NCBI GenBank assembly: GCA_002189035.1
Contig: NEEC01000008.1
Location: 2,294,001 to 2,358,000, forward strand
Source of the DNA: Utricularia gibba
Lineage: Eukaryota; Plantae; Magnoliophyta
Length of the DNA stretch: 64,000 nucleotides
Direction: 5' to 3'
Shown here: positions 49,991-64,000 of the stretch, in pieces
How positions within the stretch are numbered: the stretch's first letter is position 1
Layout: each line of letters starts with the position of its first letter
The notes under the pieces: model-generated
Seen by the model: only the letters and a program-made list of their open reading frames with translations
Told to the model about the DNA's origin: nothing
The model's database searches: none
Program-made: the position numbers and the translations under genes

Positions 49991-52900
49991 TCAAGTTCTC
50001 TTCAATAGCGGCTCCAAGTGACTCTGGTCAAGTCTACCGGACTCTAATTTGGACAGTGGGGATTCATCCTGAATCTGGGGAGACGTTATTTTTCTTTGAG
50101 CTTTCTCACTTAAGCTCTGAACGCGCTGCAGGCAGACTTGGACTGCATCATGTACTCGGACGAAATACCACTCCTTGCCTATCAGATCGACAACCCCAGC
50201 TCGTCGCAGCGTTAGGAGAATGCCTCGATTTGGATTTGAAATAGCAATCTGCATCAATCACAACGAGCACCGTAAACCAGAGGGTGCTTACAGTCAGCAG
50301 CTCGGTATTATACAGGTCGCATTGTGTGTTGAGTCTGTGTACCTGAATGTTTCGCACTTTATATTCCTGATACAAGTCCTTTAAGGCTTCAACAGCACTA
50401 GAATCTATATAGGTCACAGCTGAGGAGAACAATGGAATCAGAAGAATTGATATATCAAGAAGCAAAAGACGTTGAGCAAGCGCAAGCCCATAGTATCAAC
50501 AAACAAAACGAGAGATTAAAAAAAAAGGCAACTTACGAGCCATTTCAATTATTACAAAGTGCACTTGGTTGACATCAACTGGTCCACGTCCTCCATATCG
50601 ATCAGCACAGATTTCATATTCCCGAAGCCTGGTGGAAGAACCCTCGAGACTTTAAATCATTAAAAAGAAAGAAAAAAAGACGAGATAACGAGATGTGATA
50701 TCACCATACACGGTACCTGTCTTTTATGTAACTAATGTTAGCAAAATACATGGGTGCATCTATCCGAACAACCACAATTCCATTGTACGTGTATGATTCG
50801 GGATACTGTTGGACGTTTCTGTACACAGTAGTACCAGGTAGCCGACCCAAAACAGCTGCAATATAAACAAATTCGTTCACATTAATATAAGGATTTCCTA
50901 CTAGCATAATCCGCACAAGACTAGTTTCCAAGAACACGAGAGGCATGAAGTGAAACTAAATAAATAAACCATCATCCAATACATAATCAGTCATGAAATA
51001 AAGCCATGTGTTACGTGGTGCCAAAGTCCTTAGATGGATAATACTTATAAATCAAAGCTTAATAGATTATGTCACAAAAAGCTCACAGGAGAATAAGAAC
51101 TACGATGTTATCTTGATGCATAAACCTAAATACAAATGCAAAGAAGTACTGGAAAAGTATTGCAAATGTTTTAGTAAAATATAACTGCACAGAGTAGCAT
51201 GTAATTGAAAAAGAAGGGCCATGAGTATAATAATTCACAAGATTTTGAATTCAGTAGGCATCCTAAGCGGAAGGGTATGTAAGAGAAAAACAATGAATCT
51301 TAGTTGGAATGTCTACTTAGAAAAGCTTCACCACATGAACAAATTACAAAGAACAGAGAATTTCATGGCTAAAGCACAATAACCTACCAACGTGGGGATT
51401 AGCTGATTCATGGATGACAAAAGCGAGTGAAACACCAACCTGGGAAAGCAGGAAACAAAAACACAATTTTTCCTTGTTTTTCAAAGAAAAAGGCTAGCAC
51501 TATTGTGCAGGTATGTATCAAGCATGATATACTAACACCAACGAGGACTCCAATCTCGATGCCAAAGAACAAGGTAACGATGCAAGTAATTATCCAAAGG
51601 AGAAAGTCTTTCTTGTCTACTTGCCACAAAAACATAGCCTCCTCATAATCAACCTGAAACAAATGAGATACAATAAGGTAATGGGATACAAAGCATGTCA
51701 AGCAACAGCTAAACAGAACGCTTCTCAAAATTCATCAAGTAACAACAATAATAAATTGAAAGTTCTCTATGTGATGAATCTGCTGATCTAAAAATTCACG
51801 ATAATAAATATTATCTTGATGCTATAATTTTTAAATAAAAAATAAATTCTATATCGGTATTAAACAAAAAAGAAAAATGCATAAATATGAGAATAGCAGG
51901 ATCTTAAATCCATAAGCGTCGAAGCAAAAAGTAAAGTAAAATAGATATATCAGTGCAATATTTTAAGCAACTCCACGCTTCTCCAAAGGGGTATGGAAAT
52001 TACCAGCCCGACAACAGCAGAAATCACAATGGCAGCCAGAGCACACTGTACGGCCAGGAAATAAAGAATGATTAAGTTTCTACACGCAAATAGAAAAAGT
52101 AGGAGAGTCATTCCTTGTTACAGAGACAAAAATGAGGATTGAATGGAAACAAAGATATAGAGAACACATTTTGGAAAAATGCATGGCTACTCCGTTTTTC
52201 ATTAGCTAAAGTTAAACAGTCATAGAAGGAAAAGTTGGTCGTGATAGGCAACTTTATGGTCGATATACTCAGCTCAGTGCATGCCTGGTGCGCCATTCTT
52301 GCTCTAGCTTTAATATGTCAGTTATCTAACGGGCTGTCTTTTCTCTAAGGGTGAGAAACAAAGCACTTTCTAAGCATAAATATACTGCACAAACAAATGG
52401 GACAATATGAAAAATAGAAACATGACAAGCGGGCAGTTCAATATACTAGATGAATCGATATACAAAAGAGAGTAGCAATGAAATGCAAAAGGCTTCTGAC
52501 AAACCTGGGGTATTTCCTCGAACAATGGTGTCAGAAATTGAAGCGCACAACCCATTATAATGCCCATGACTATTCCAGATAAACCAGTTTTGGCTCCACT
52601 TTCATGATTCACTGCTGACCTAGAGAATGAACCTACTCAAAACGTAATACGTCAGTTTAGGTAATAATAATCTTGTTGTTAAAAACTTCCCGAAACCACT
52701 TTCACAATTAAAACCTATTTTTTAAACTATTTACCCACGAACATACTATTTCTAAAAAACGTGGATCAGTAAGAAAAACATTAGCATTCTCATAAATATT
52801 CCTAGCTTATACTCATAATTTCTGGTGTTCTTAATCTCAAAACTCATTTTCAGGACGTGAAAATGAGAGAGTTTGAAGAACATTCTCCTAAAAATGTATT

Positions 52901-55740
52901 CAGCTCAAACTTCAAAAATACAAAAAAAAAAAAAAGATTAACAGTTAGATGTTTCATTAGGTATGTAAAACTAACGAAACATCAAACAGCACATGAATGC
53001 ATGTAAAATGTTTCATTAGGTAAGACAATCAACACATGAACTGAGAAGAAAACTAACCAGTTGTTGGGTACACGGAGAAGAAAGAACCAATAATGTTTGC
53101 CAATCCAAGGCCAAATAGCTGTCATACAGAAGGTGCAGAATGCCATCAACTATATAAATTAATCCTTGATACACGCTAACGAATCTAGAACGTCCAAGTT
53201 TCTAAGGAATAGTCATATGCTACAATGAATTAGCCAAACTGTTCATACCATATATGATCACCAATACAATTTTAATCACGTAGAGAGCTAGAATACGGGC
53301 AAGAAGGGGAATATCTTTTTTATTCAATATACAATGGCGTAAGAAGAGAATTTATGACAGTGAACCTCTTGATTAGAATCCAACTCATATCCATTTTTTG
53401 CAGCCAGAGCCTTGGCAATCCCGACTGATTCCTATTATTTCAAAATGCAAATTAAATTACCTCAAATGGTAAAATACAGAGCATGAAACTAAATGAAGAA
53501 GCAAGCCAAATGAAATGAAACTAATACTAAATGATGATAGTCTTACCAAAATAGCTACACCAGTGATAAGGATTGTTGTAGGAATCAGAGATTCTACATG
53601 TCTAAATTCCCTTGGTACAGAAAACCTCGGTAGTCCCTGGGGTATTTCACCAACCTAGCATAGATGACAATGCATTAATGCAGTCATGAAGTTAACATTC
53701 CACAAAGGTTACATTCAAAAGACACATGATAGTAAAGTGCCAAAAAACTTGGGGCATGCCTGACAGTTAAAACCACACTTGTGAATTTGTAAAAAAATAA
53801 AGGAAAACATGTGCTTGTATAGTCTAGGTCTTCTCAAAAGAAGAAAGAAAACTTTATGTGGAGATATATTGAAGGGTTCAGTGGTTAAGGAACTTAGCAT
53901 ATCATGTCATTCTTACCACTGAAATTGAGGGTGGGCGAAACACCTTCACAAAAGCTGTACCCAAAACCACTGCTGTAAGTGGACCAGATGCTCTCATAAA
54001 CCGCAAGGTTTTATATGATTTACCCTGTTCACACGACCAACAGCTCATAGTTACTATAAAAGGAACAGATAAACGACAAGAAGGAAACGAAAACGCATAG
54101 GAATTCAGAAAAAAAAAAAAAAACAAAGATTACAACATACGAGATGCTTCATCATGAGAAGAATTGCTAAGATGACGGAACCCATGACGAAAGTCCGCCA
54201 TTCAAACTGCATAATGGAGGTAGGCGTAGGAAACATTACAAGGAAAACGAATAAGAAGAAGAAATCTTGAGGCAAAAAATTAAAAACCCCAAATTCACAT
54301 TCATGTTAATGCCGAAATACAACTCAATGTTCTTGGAAATCAAAGACATTGTACAAATATTTTTGAAAAGAACAGCGAAACTATCGTAAACCGTTCACCT
54401 TATCTGCTCCTAAAACAATGCTCTGTATAAGAGGGATAATTTTACTGCTACGTTCAATTTCATAGCCTATAAAATATTTTGCCTGAGACAAGCTGATGAC
54501 AATTGCTGACGCGGTAGTAAAACCAGAAATTACAGAATGACTGATGAATCGTATGAGCCATCCAAGCCTGGATACAGATAAATTAAGGTCAGAAATTCCG
54601 AACGTGAAAGAAAAAATCAGCAACTTTTAGCAAGGCAATATAGCGTGAAAGATGCAGCAGCGGGGAGCTGATCAGGTTCCAGACTACTAGATAGCAACCT
54701 TCTACGATAAACAAAACTTAAACCTACTACTGATATTACGTGACTGCTTCTGCCTCCACTACCAATTTGAAAAAATCTGCTCTTGAAAAAGTCAATTCGA
54801 GCTAAAAAAGAATTTGAGAAAATTGTAGCAAAAGGTAAACAAAAGGAAAATACAGTCTACTCAGATAATCTTCTTCCTTCTTATCTGAGAAAAAACAGAT
54901 GCTGAAATTGGTGCAGTCGATAAGCGAGGAAAATACATATTCTCCAAAAGAGATCAAAAGCACTTCTTGTCATTCATGAATTTGTTTTCCAGTGCAAGGA
55001 TCAAGAAAAGAACCCATACTCACCTTAAAAGGGCCATGATGCACTCGAAAATACCAACCATAAACGCCAAAAGGACTGCAAGGTCAGTATACAATTGCTC
55101 GGACGAATCAACAATGTTACTAAGTACATTGGAAACTAGGAGGGATGTCAATGCAACGGGCCCAATAGCTAGCTGGCGAGATGACCCAAAAATAGCATAA
55201 ACAAATATAGGTATGAAGCCGGAATCTGCAGTTCAAACACGCAGAGGAGAAAAGATATTGAAACATGTCACCTTAAAAGAAGATTGATGATTGTGGTTAA
55301 CAATAAAGATGGAACCGAAAAGCAACGGAAGAATCTTACAAAGCCCATAAATGGGATGCAGTCCAGCTAGCTTGGCGTAAGACATAGACTGATTCAGATA
55401 AACCATCCAAGGTGAGCCTTTCTTGATTTAGAGGATGAATTCAAATGATCGACCATACCTGAGGAACCAACATGACGCCGACGGTGACGCCCGCCATGAG
55501 ATCCGCCTGCAGATTTTCCCGCCAGCTATAGGTGCTCATCCAACGGTAGCAGGGAAGAAATAGGTTTATCCAATCCTTCCTGTCCATCCGCTTGGCCTTC
55601 GCCTTCCATTCCTCCAAAACTGAAAAAGAAGACGACGGTTCCGGCGCCGCGTCCGGATGCTGCAACTTGATGACCTTGACGGGGCGGGTGAAGGTGGAAA
55701 AGTCCCCAACGCTGGGCGACGAATAGCGAATCCCGTCCAT
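49991..55740 (-). CDS. SULTR4: group 4 (tonoplast) sulfate transporter with STAS domain
   Basis: 17 exons traced in frame; [53 protein letters not shown]-terminal LEPLL. Confidence 0.95.
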
Positions 55741-56340
55741 TGACAGACAGGAGCAGCCTTGATCCTTTTTCCTTCCGCTTCTCCTCAGACTTCACAAGCA
55801 AATGCCGCGATCAAATGGCGACGCGAACACCTTTCGTGCATTAGGCTCATATGATTGGTGTGTGTGGCATCTTGGGAATCTCCGGTGCATCCCGTTTTGA
55901 ATTTTCTTTATTTTTCTTTTTTCAAGCATATAATAAAAAAATAAATATTTTTCCAACACAAATTCTAACACGGCATGGCCTATGAGATTAATTTATTAAA
56001 ATAATGAAAATGAATATTTTTCATCATTCTCATTTCATCTTAAATTTTATTATAATTTCTATACAATTAAAAACTGGGTTTGTTTAGGTTTGGGTTTGTG
56101 TTATCAACAAACACAACTGAAGGAGACAGGAACAAGCTCATGCTGCTATGTAAATATTTCATGTAAACCCAACCAGGCTAATGCAAGTGAAAATGCTGTT
56201 GACAGGCAAAGCAAGAAGGCTTCATGCTTTCATTATTCAAGACATCACAAATAGTATTCAGTTCACAAGCCAACATCCAGTTTGTTGTTTACAGGAGAAA
56301 AGCAGATGCGTCGTTGAACTCTAAGAATAGAGGGAGGAGT

Positions 56341-58057
<1,717 letters not shown>

Positions 58058-59336
58058 GAACGGAACAATGAAGAACAAGAACAGGATCCTCTGCCCTGTT
58101 TAGTAGCTGCCGTAAAAGTGTTCCCAGGGAGTAAGTTTCTAGCACCTTCTGGACCGAACAAATGGACTCAACTCAATTTTCCGAATAATTTATTTATTTC
58201 CTTACACCGTTTTTCCTTTAATTGAGAATTTATTATCAATTTAATAAACAAAAAAGCACCCCATAAAGAACACAAAAAAGCACCCCACAATGACATCATA
58301 TAATTTTAAAAAAAAAATTATGAAGAAAGAATTGAATAATTCATTTGATTCCTAGAGGCTGAGCATGGGTAGGTGGAAGTGTGGGGGTTGGCATGGCATC
58401 AAACGAGTTGAATGGCAGACTCGGATCCAATCCCGTGGACAAATACCACTTGTTTTTCTCATCAACGCCAACAAAATAATGGATGGGACGTGAAAGTTGC
58501 TTGCTTAAATGAAATGAAACCAGCGGAGAAGTTAGACACGGTGACGCCGGCTTTCGCGATCCCAGGAGCTGCTTCGACAGGTTATAAATAAAAAATTATT
58601 ATTTTATTCAACGCATAAGTTAGAATTTAAAAGATATTATTTCATAGTCTACTTAAATTCCTAACTCTTAACCACATATATCATTTGACAAATACAAACT
58701 AAATCAGCATCTTTCTCAACCAGAGCAATCGGGAACGGTACACGTGTTCAACACTCCCCCACTGCCTACTGATGGTCACTTTTGCAGTGTGTTTTGAGAG
58801 GCAGGCGGTGGAAGAGAGTTGGAGACCAGATGGAAGTGGTGGCTGATTCCCCTCAAGGGCCCTCCACATGAATATGGACACACTTGCACTTACCACGCTA
58901 CAAGCATATCATATATAATACAGCAGCACATCACAGTTCAATTCTTTTTTCCAAACTTATTTACTCTGCACACCCCTGACACAGGAAAACAAGGGGGATA
59001 GAACTCTGACAGCAATGGGATACTTTTTTTGCCGTCCCCGTTCATTGCAGACTCAACCCTATCGAATCCATGTGACAATTAGCTAGGCAAGGAGGGTAAC
59101 CACTACATGACTTCAAGTATAAACAGCACTTTCAACGAACAACCAAAAAATGTGCGATGGGTCAGAATACAAACAAACAATGATGCTTAACATCTTACTT
59201 GTTCCAACAGTCTCTCCTGTACAGCATTTGCAAAATTTACTGCCAGTACCTGGAGGACGTACAGCTTGCAGCAACCTCACTGTTACAGATTACATTCAGG
59301 GGCTGTGTTCTTGATGGTTAAAACTCATACATGTTT

Positions 59337-62300
59337 CTAAGCTGAGCTCCGTGTCAAGAAATCATTTACTGCAAGGTTTGTATCCCCATGTGACACAGCA
59401 TCTTCAGGATCTGGCATGTAAAGACTCGAGACAGAAACCTGAACAAACATGAGGGCGTTCTTAATACACGTGTAATGAAAGTAAATAAACTGCCAACTAG
59501 GATCACTCGATATAGTGTATACGTACAATTCACAATTAGCATTGGAAATGCGAAAAATCATTCGGAAAAAAAAGTGGGATCTGATATCAAATTTCACAAA
59601 TCTGGGTCTTTTTTGGAAGTCATAGAAACTTACCTTTGTATCAAGTAAAACCTCCCAGAGGCCTCACGAATGATGCATGCACCATGGGCTTTTAACCATT
59701 CCGTGCATTCCTCTAATCCATCTGCTTTGTCATCCATACATGTGTCATTCGTTGGCGGTGTATTACGAAATCCCAGGATTTGAGAAAGATATGAAACAGG
59801 AACTGTTGGACGGTATGATCTTGACATACATTTTACAGCTGCATATCGCATTTTTTCAGCATACAGATCTGCAATCGAAAACGATTGCATTAGCATTTGA
59901 GAGTACAGGTGGAAATGGTTGAAACAAATGTTTTAACTGCATCAGAAAATACGATGTGCAAAGAACGTACCCATAAATAATGCATTAAGATTTGGTGCAG
60001 AGTTGTAGAGTTTAAAAAACATCACATAATTTCCTGCTGTCACAGCGGCTCGAACAGAGAGGGCATGTTTAACTGCTTCGTCTTCCTTAGCCAACTCAGA
60101 TAATCTGCAAAGTGGACAACTAGAAAGTTAAGCATAAACAGAAAATCGCGATGTCACCACCCATCAAACTCTTACTGCCATACCTTGACATGGCTGATAG
60201 CAGGTCTCTGTTATTATTTGAGTGTAAAATTACAGATAGCAAATTGTAGGCAGCAAATTCCATGTGGCATCCAATAATTCCCTCTGCATAGAGAGTTTTC
60301 AATTGTGATTGGCACTGCAAAGAAAAAAGTGGTCAGGATCTAACAGTAAGAAGTTGCAAGAGTTAACAGTGAGGAACTCAAACAGCCACTGTCGGCAACA
60401 AAAGTATCTCAAGCACTGATCATGACCTCCAGGGTCCATCCATTATTCACAACTGAAGCAACGAGGATTTAGAAGGCAGCATGTGGCAGGTATAAGAATC
60501 ACAAGGAAAGAAAGAAACGAAGTATGGAGAGAATTCAAGCACTGGTGCTTCTCAACAGATCTTAGAAAAAAAACTTAAATAATGCAGCACAGCAGCCAAA
60601 CAGAAACATGACATGTGCCGGCTGAGTGGTTATCATAAAAAACCTGATTATATTCTGGCAAGTCCCCAGCTTCTATGGCAAATCTTGCGTGAGTTTCATA
60701 AACCTAGCATCAAATAAAAAACAAAAAAACAAACAACGGTTAAGTAATGGTGCTGTGTACAATTATTAGAACAATGCATTATTACACATCATATGGAAAA
60801 GGTGTTAAAAAAAAAGAATCTCAAAACCAGCAGAAGAAACAAAAAATAAAGCATATGATGACATTAGTACCTTAGCTGTGAATTCATTCCGTATGTGCTG
60901 TACAGTAAGATCTTGCCTTATTGACTTCAGCTGATCGCACTTATAAAGATAATTTTTAGGAGAGTTTTGAACCATTGATAAAGCTTTTTCTAACACGTCC
61001 TCGGGTCTCACCTGCAATTGGAAAAGAGATTCATGTACATTAGCATCATCACCCATTAGCCACTCACTTTCAGCACATACAGATGCTTTCAAAGCTTACA
61101 GTAGCCGGATCAGGCGCTGAAGTAAGACGCAAGTAACGTTTTTCAATTTCTTGGCATGTCCCCTTGATGATTAGAGCATCCCAGTCAATATCTTCAACGG
61201 CTCTGCTCCCACTTTCCTCAAAAGATCTACTCAGAACTAAGGCACTGGCCCGTCTTGCATGAAAATGACCAGAATTAGAAGCCACGCCATTTTTTTTTCC
61301 GAGGCTTTCCTGAGACTGCTTTGAATGTCCTCTTTCAAAACGCTTTGAACGATTTTCACGTCTTCTCTTCTCCTCAGGTGTATCTGCAAGTGCAATTGCA
61401 GCTGCATAGTACTTCGTCAAATTTTGCTCCTTGTCACTATCACTAGATGATCCATTATCATTAGTCACATTCAAATCATCATTAACTCGCTGCCTCTTAG
61501 CAGGTCTTGCAGCATTTTTACGAAAACTTTCCTGATCTGTTAAAGAATATTTTGTTCCCAAATCACCTTTATTCTCTGTTAGTCCACCAGACAACTGCAA
61601 GTTGCAGATACAGTACATTGGCATTGTTCAGATGATAAGATACATGTAACCATCACAAACAGAAGCATAAACTCCATATCTTCAGTACATATCACAACAA
61701 AAAAACTACGCATCTACATCTCCCTTTATGTTACCCCCATTGGCAGCCTTACTCTATACAACAGGTAACGGAAGCGTACTCACCATATATTACACAGCAT
61801 CATTTAAGATAGCAAGGAGCTTGTTTTAATTTTTTTTGACTACCTATGTCTAGTTTTAAATTTTTTTAACTACCTATGCCTATGGTGTTACCCCCACATG
61901 CAGCCTTAATCTATAAAGCGGGTTGCAAGAGCATGCACAAAGCACACTCTGCGGCATCATTCTGAAAAACCATCAGGCATACCTGCCTAAGATAGTAAAG
62001 AAATATTCAACCTTATCTAGACTACCCCAACATGGAAATTGAAGACATAATCAACATCAGTAAAATGAAAAGTATGTCCCTTTTGTTACCTGACTGGAAT
62101 TCCAAAAACCATATCCAGAAGAAGCATAAGAACCGTTAGCAGGTGTCCCAACCTTTTTCTCCTCTTGGATAGGTTCCCACCTACTTTTAGGTCGTCGAGG
62201 GCTCTTACTCTTTTGAATCAGAAAATCCGGTACCAAAAATGGCCCATTTCTGGATTGGGAAAAACATAAGTTTAGTATCTTGTTTTAAAATTAAGGACCA

Positions 62301-64000
62301 TATATGGCACAACATAAGCATACGTGTCATTCACTATATCATCGTTTGGTAAAGGGAAAAGAGGTTCAACATCCCAATCCCTTGTGTGAAGTGTACCTTC
62401 AGCAGTTGCTCTTGTAATTACCTAGAAAAAATGTGATCAATCACATGCCATATACATTATACAACATCCTTTTTATTGGGAAACAATAGGAAGATACCAT
62501 TCATGAAAGAGGAAATTAAGGAAACAAAAATTCAAAACTCCTATATGCCAAGATAACAATAGAATTATCCAGGTTAAAAAAACATCTAGGAATTTTGGAT
62601 AACGGACCTGATAACTAGGCACCATGAAAAACATTGCAAGACAATTTTGATTTATCAGATTCTATTTCACACTCAAAATCAAGACACATAGAGCCTTACC
62701 TCCTTCATGATAGCTTGGGATGCTAGCTTTTGCCTATCATTTTTGCAACGAGATAAAGCACGCTCAACATAACCACGCAATGATGTTGGGAAGGTACCTG
62801 TCTGCAAAAACAAAACTACTGCTTTACAAGTGTTTCTTGTATGATATTGCAAATATCAAAGAGCAAAAAAGAAGCAACAAACCTTCAAAAAAATTTTGGA
62901 AAAATTGAAGTACAAGGTTTATAAAATCATTGCTTTGGTGTCAATGTCCAGAAGAAACACTTAGTAAACCCATTCCAGTGTGCATAAAACACTTAGTAAG
63001 CCCACTCCACAAACCATGAATAATGTAACCGTGCAAATAATTTTTGGCACATAGCATGATGATTGACACCAAAGCTACGATTATCGAAAATTGCACATAA
63101 CATGATGATCAAATACGTCTGAAAGAATGGCCCAATTATAAAGCTCTAACCTTGAGCATGGATTCAGCTTCTTCATGAGATACAACCTTTTCAGATGGTT
63201 TGCCTGCCTTGACACTGACATATGCTGGCCTTGACGTCATAATGGGTTTAACACTATCTTTTTCACATCTAGGTAAAGTTACAGGTAGGTTGGATGCAAT
63301 TCTTGGATTGGTAGGAATTTGCACCTTGCAAGCCTTTCGTGGATCTAACAGTTCTGGAGGTTGTGGTACAGCATGGGAATTTGAATGCTGATTTTGAGCG
63401 CCCTGATAACCTGAAGTATCCAGAACAGCAGAGCCATGAGCATATGAAATATTATGCGGAATTTTAGAGCTTTCATATGGTAGTGTTAATTCTGATGTCT
63501 TTTGACCAAGTGGTGGTACTGAATTCAGCAGATTATTTTGGGTATTGGGAGCAAAATAATTCCAGTAGCTCTCAGGTGCATTTCCCGATGAAGAATCCAC
63601 CTGACATGAAAATTCAGGCATAAGAAAAGTGGCATATAGCGCTGATGATAGCACCCTCTAACCCCAAAAACAAACAAAGTGGTCTTGAAACACAGGGAAA
63701 AAGCTCCCTTTCAGGCAACAAGGAATACAAATTGAGGAAAACTGCAACAATGAAGTAATAATCTTGTTTCATTAATAGAAGAAAATTGAAAAAAAAAAAA
63801 GTAAGAACACGGGTTTACTATATCTGCCCTTGTGGTAGTTGCAGAACATCACCGTTTGGCTGACATTATGCTGATCGATTGCTACATCTTATAAAAACCC
63901 AACTTCTTTATCACTTAATTTACTATGCCAGAGAAATTAGTATCCATCACAATTCATTTTCATTACTAAACAAGCCTATCATAATCTCCATGTATATGTG
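59337..64000 (-). CDS. SAC3A: SAC3/GANP family protein A, 5'-partial (apparent 1-nt frameshift at 59654-59656)
   Basis: Exons from 63600 leftward: KVQIPTNPRIASN, FPTSLRGYVERA, KSRWEP, IKGTCQEIEKRYLRLTSAPDP, DQLKSIRQDLTVQ, AVSHGDTNLAVNDF. N-terminal part presumably lies beyond the window. Confidence 0.92.
61729..61961. repeat. diverged 76-bp direct repeat pair inside a SAC3A intron
   Basis: 61729-61804 and 61886-61961 align without gaps; a separate short duplication (ACTACCTATG) lies between them. Confidence 0.75.

Noticed and set aside
58846-58866. miR477-like sequence ATTCCCCTCAAGGGCCCTCCA
   Set aside because: Several mismatches and no star arm on either side.
61729-61961. Pair of intronic H/ACA snoRNAs (each repeat ends in ACA after a weak hairpin)
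   Set aside because: No H box or two-hairpin architecture.

Overview
Plant (eudicot) nuclear DNA from a compact, gene-dense genome with short introns; I cannot name the species. No prokaryotic features, CRISPR, rRNA or tRNA were found. Left to right: the 3' half of an intact-looking Ty1/copia retrotransposon inserted into a dirigent gene, a second dirigent, an ACR4/CRINKLY4 receptor kinase, a decayed group-I bZIP, amidophosphoribosyltransferase (ASE/PurF), an unexplained TATA-driven segment with a Pol III-like USE-TATA spacing, a PPR E-domain relic, a small membrane protein divergent from V-ATPase subunit c, the meiotic helicase MER3/RCK (24 exons), a GCIP-like gene, four tandem MATE/DTX transporters, a PADRE (DUF4228) gene, a proline-rich cell-surface protein, CYP77A head-to-head with a KCS19-like elongase, SULTR4, a cytosolic DHAR and the 3' part of SAC3A. 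Six otherwise clean genes each carry a single missing base in a homopolymer run, most likely long-read assembly errors. I see no proven new system. The best leads are the CYP77A-KCS divergent pair with ncRNA-like elements in the shared spacer (near a diversified MATE array), the USE-TATA element at 11.4 kb, a KCS intron flanked by a duplicated AGGT motif, and the in-place decay of a bZIP and a PPR gene.
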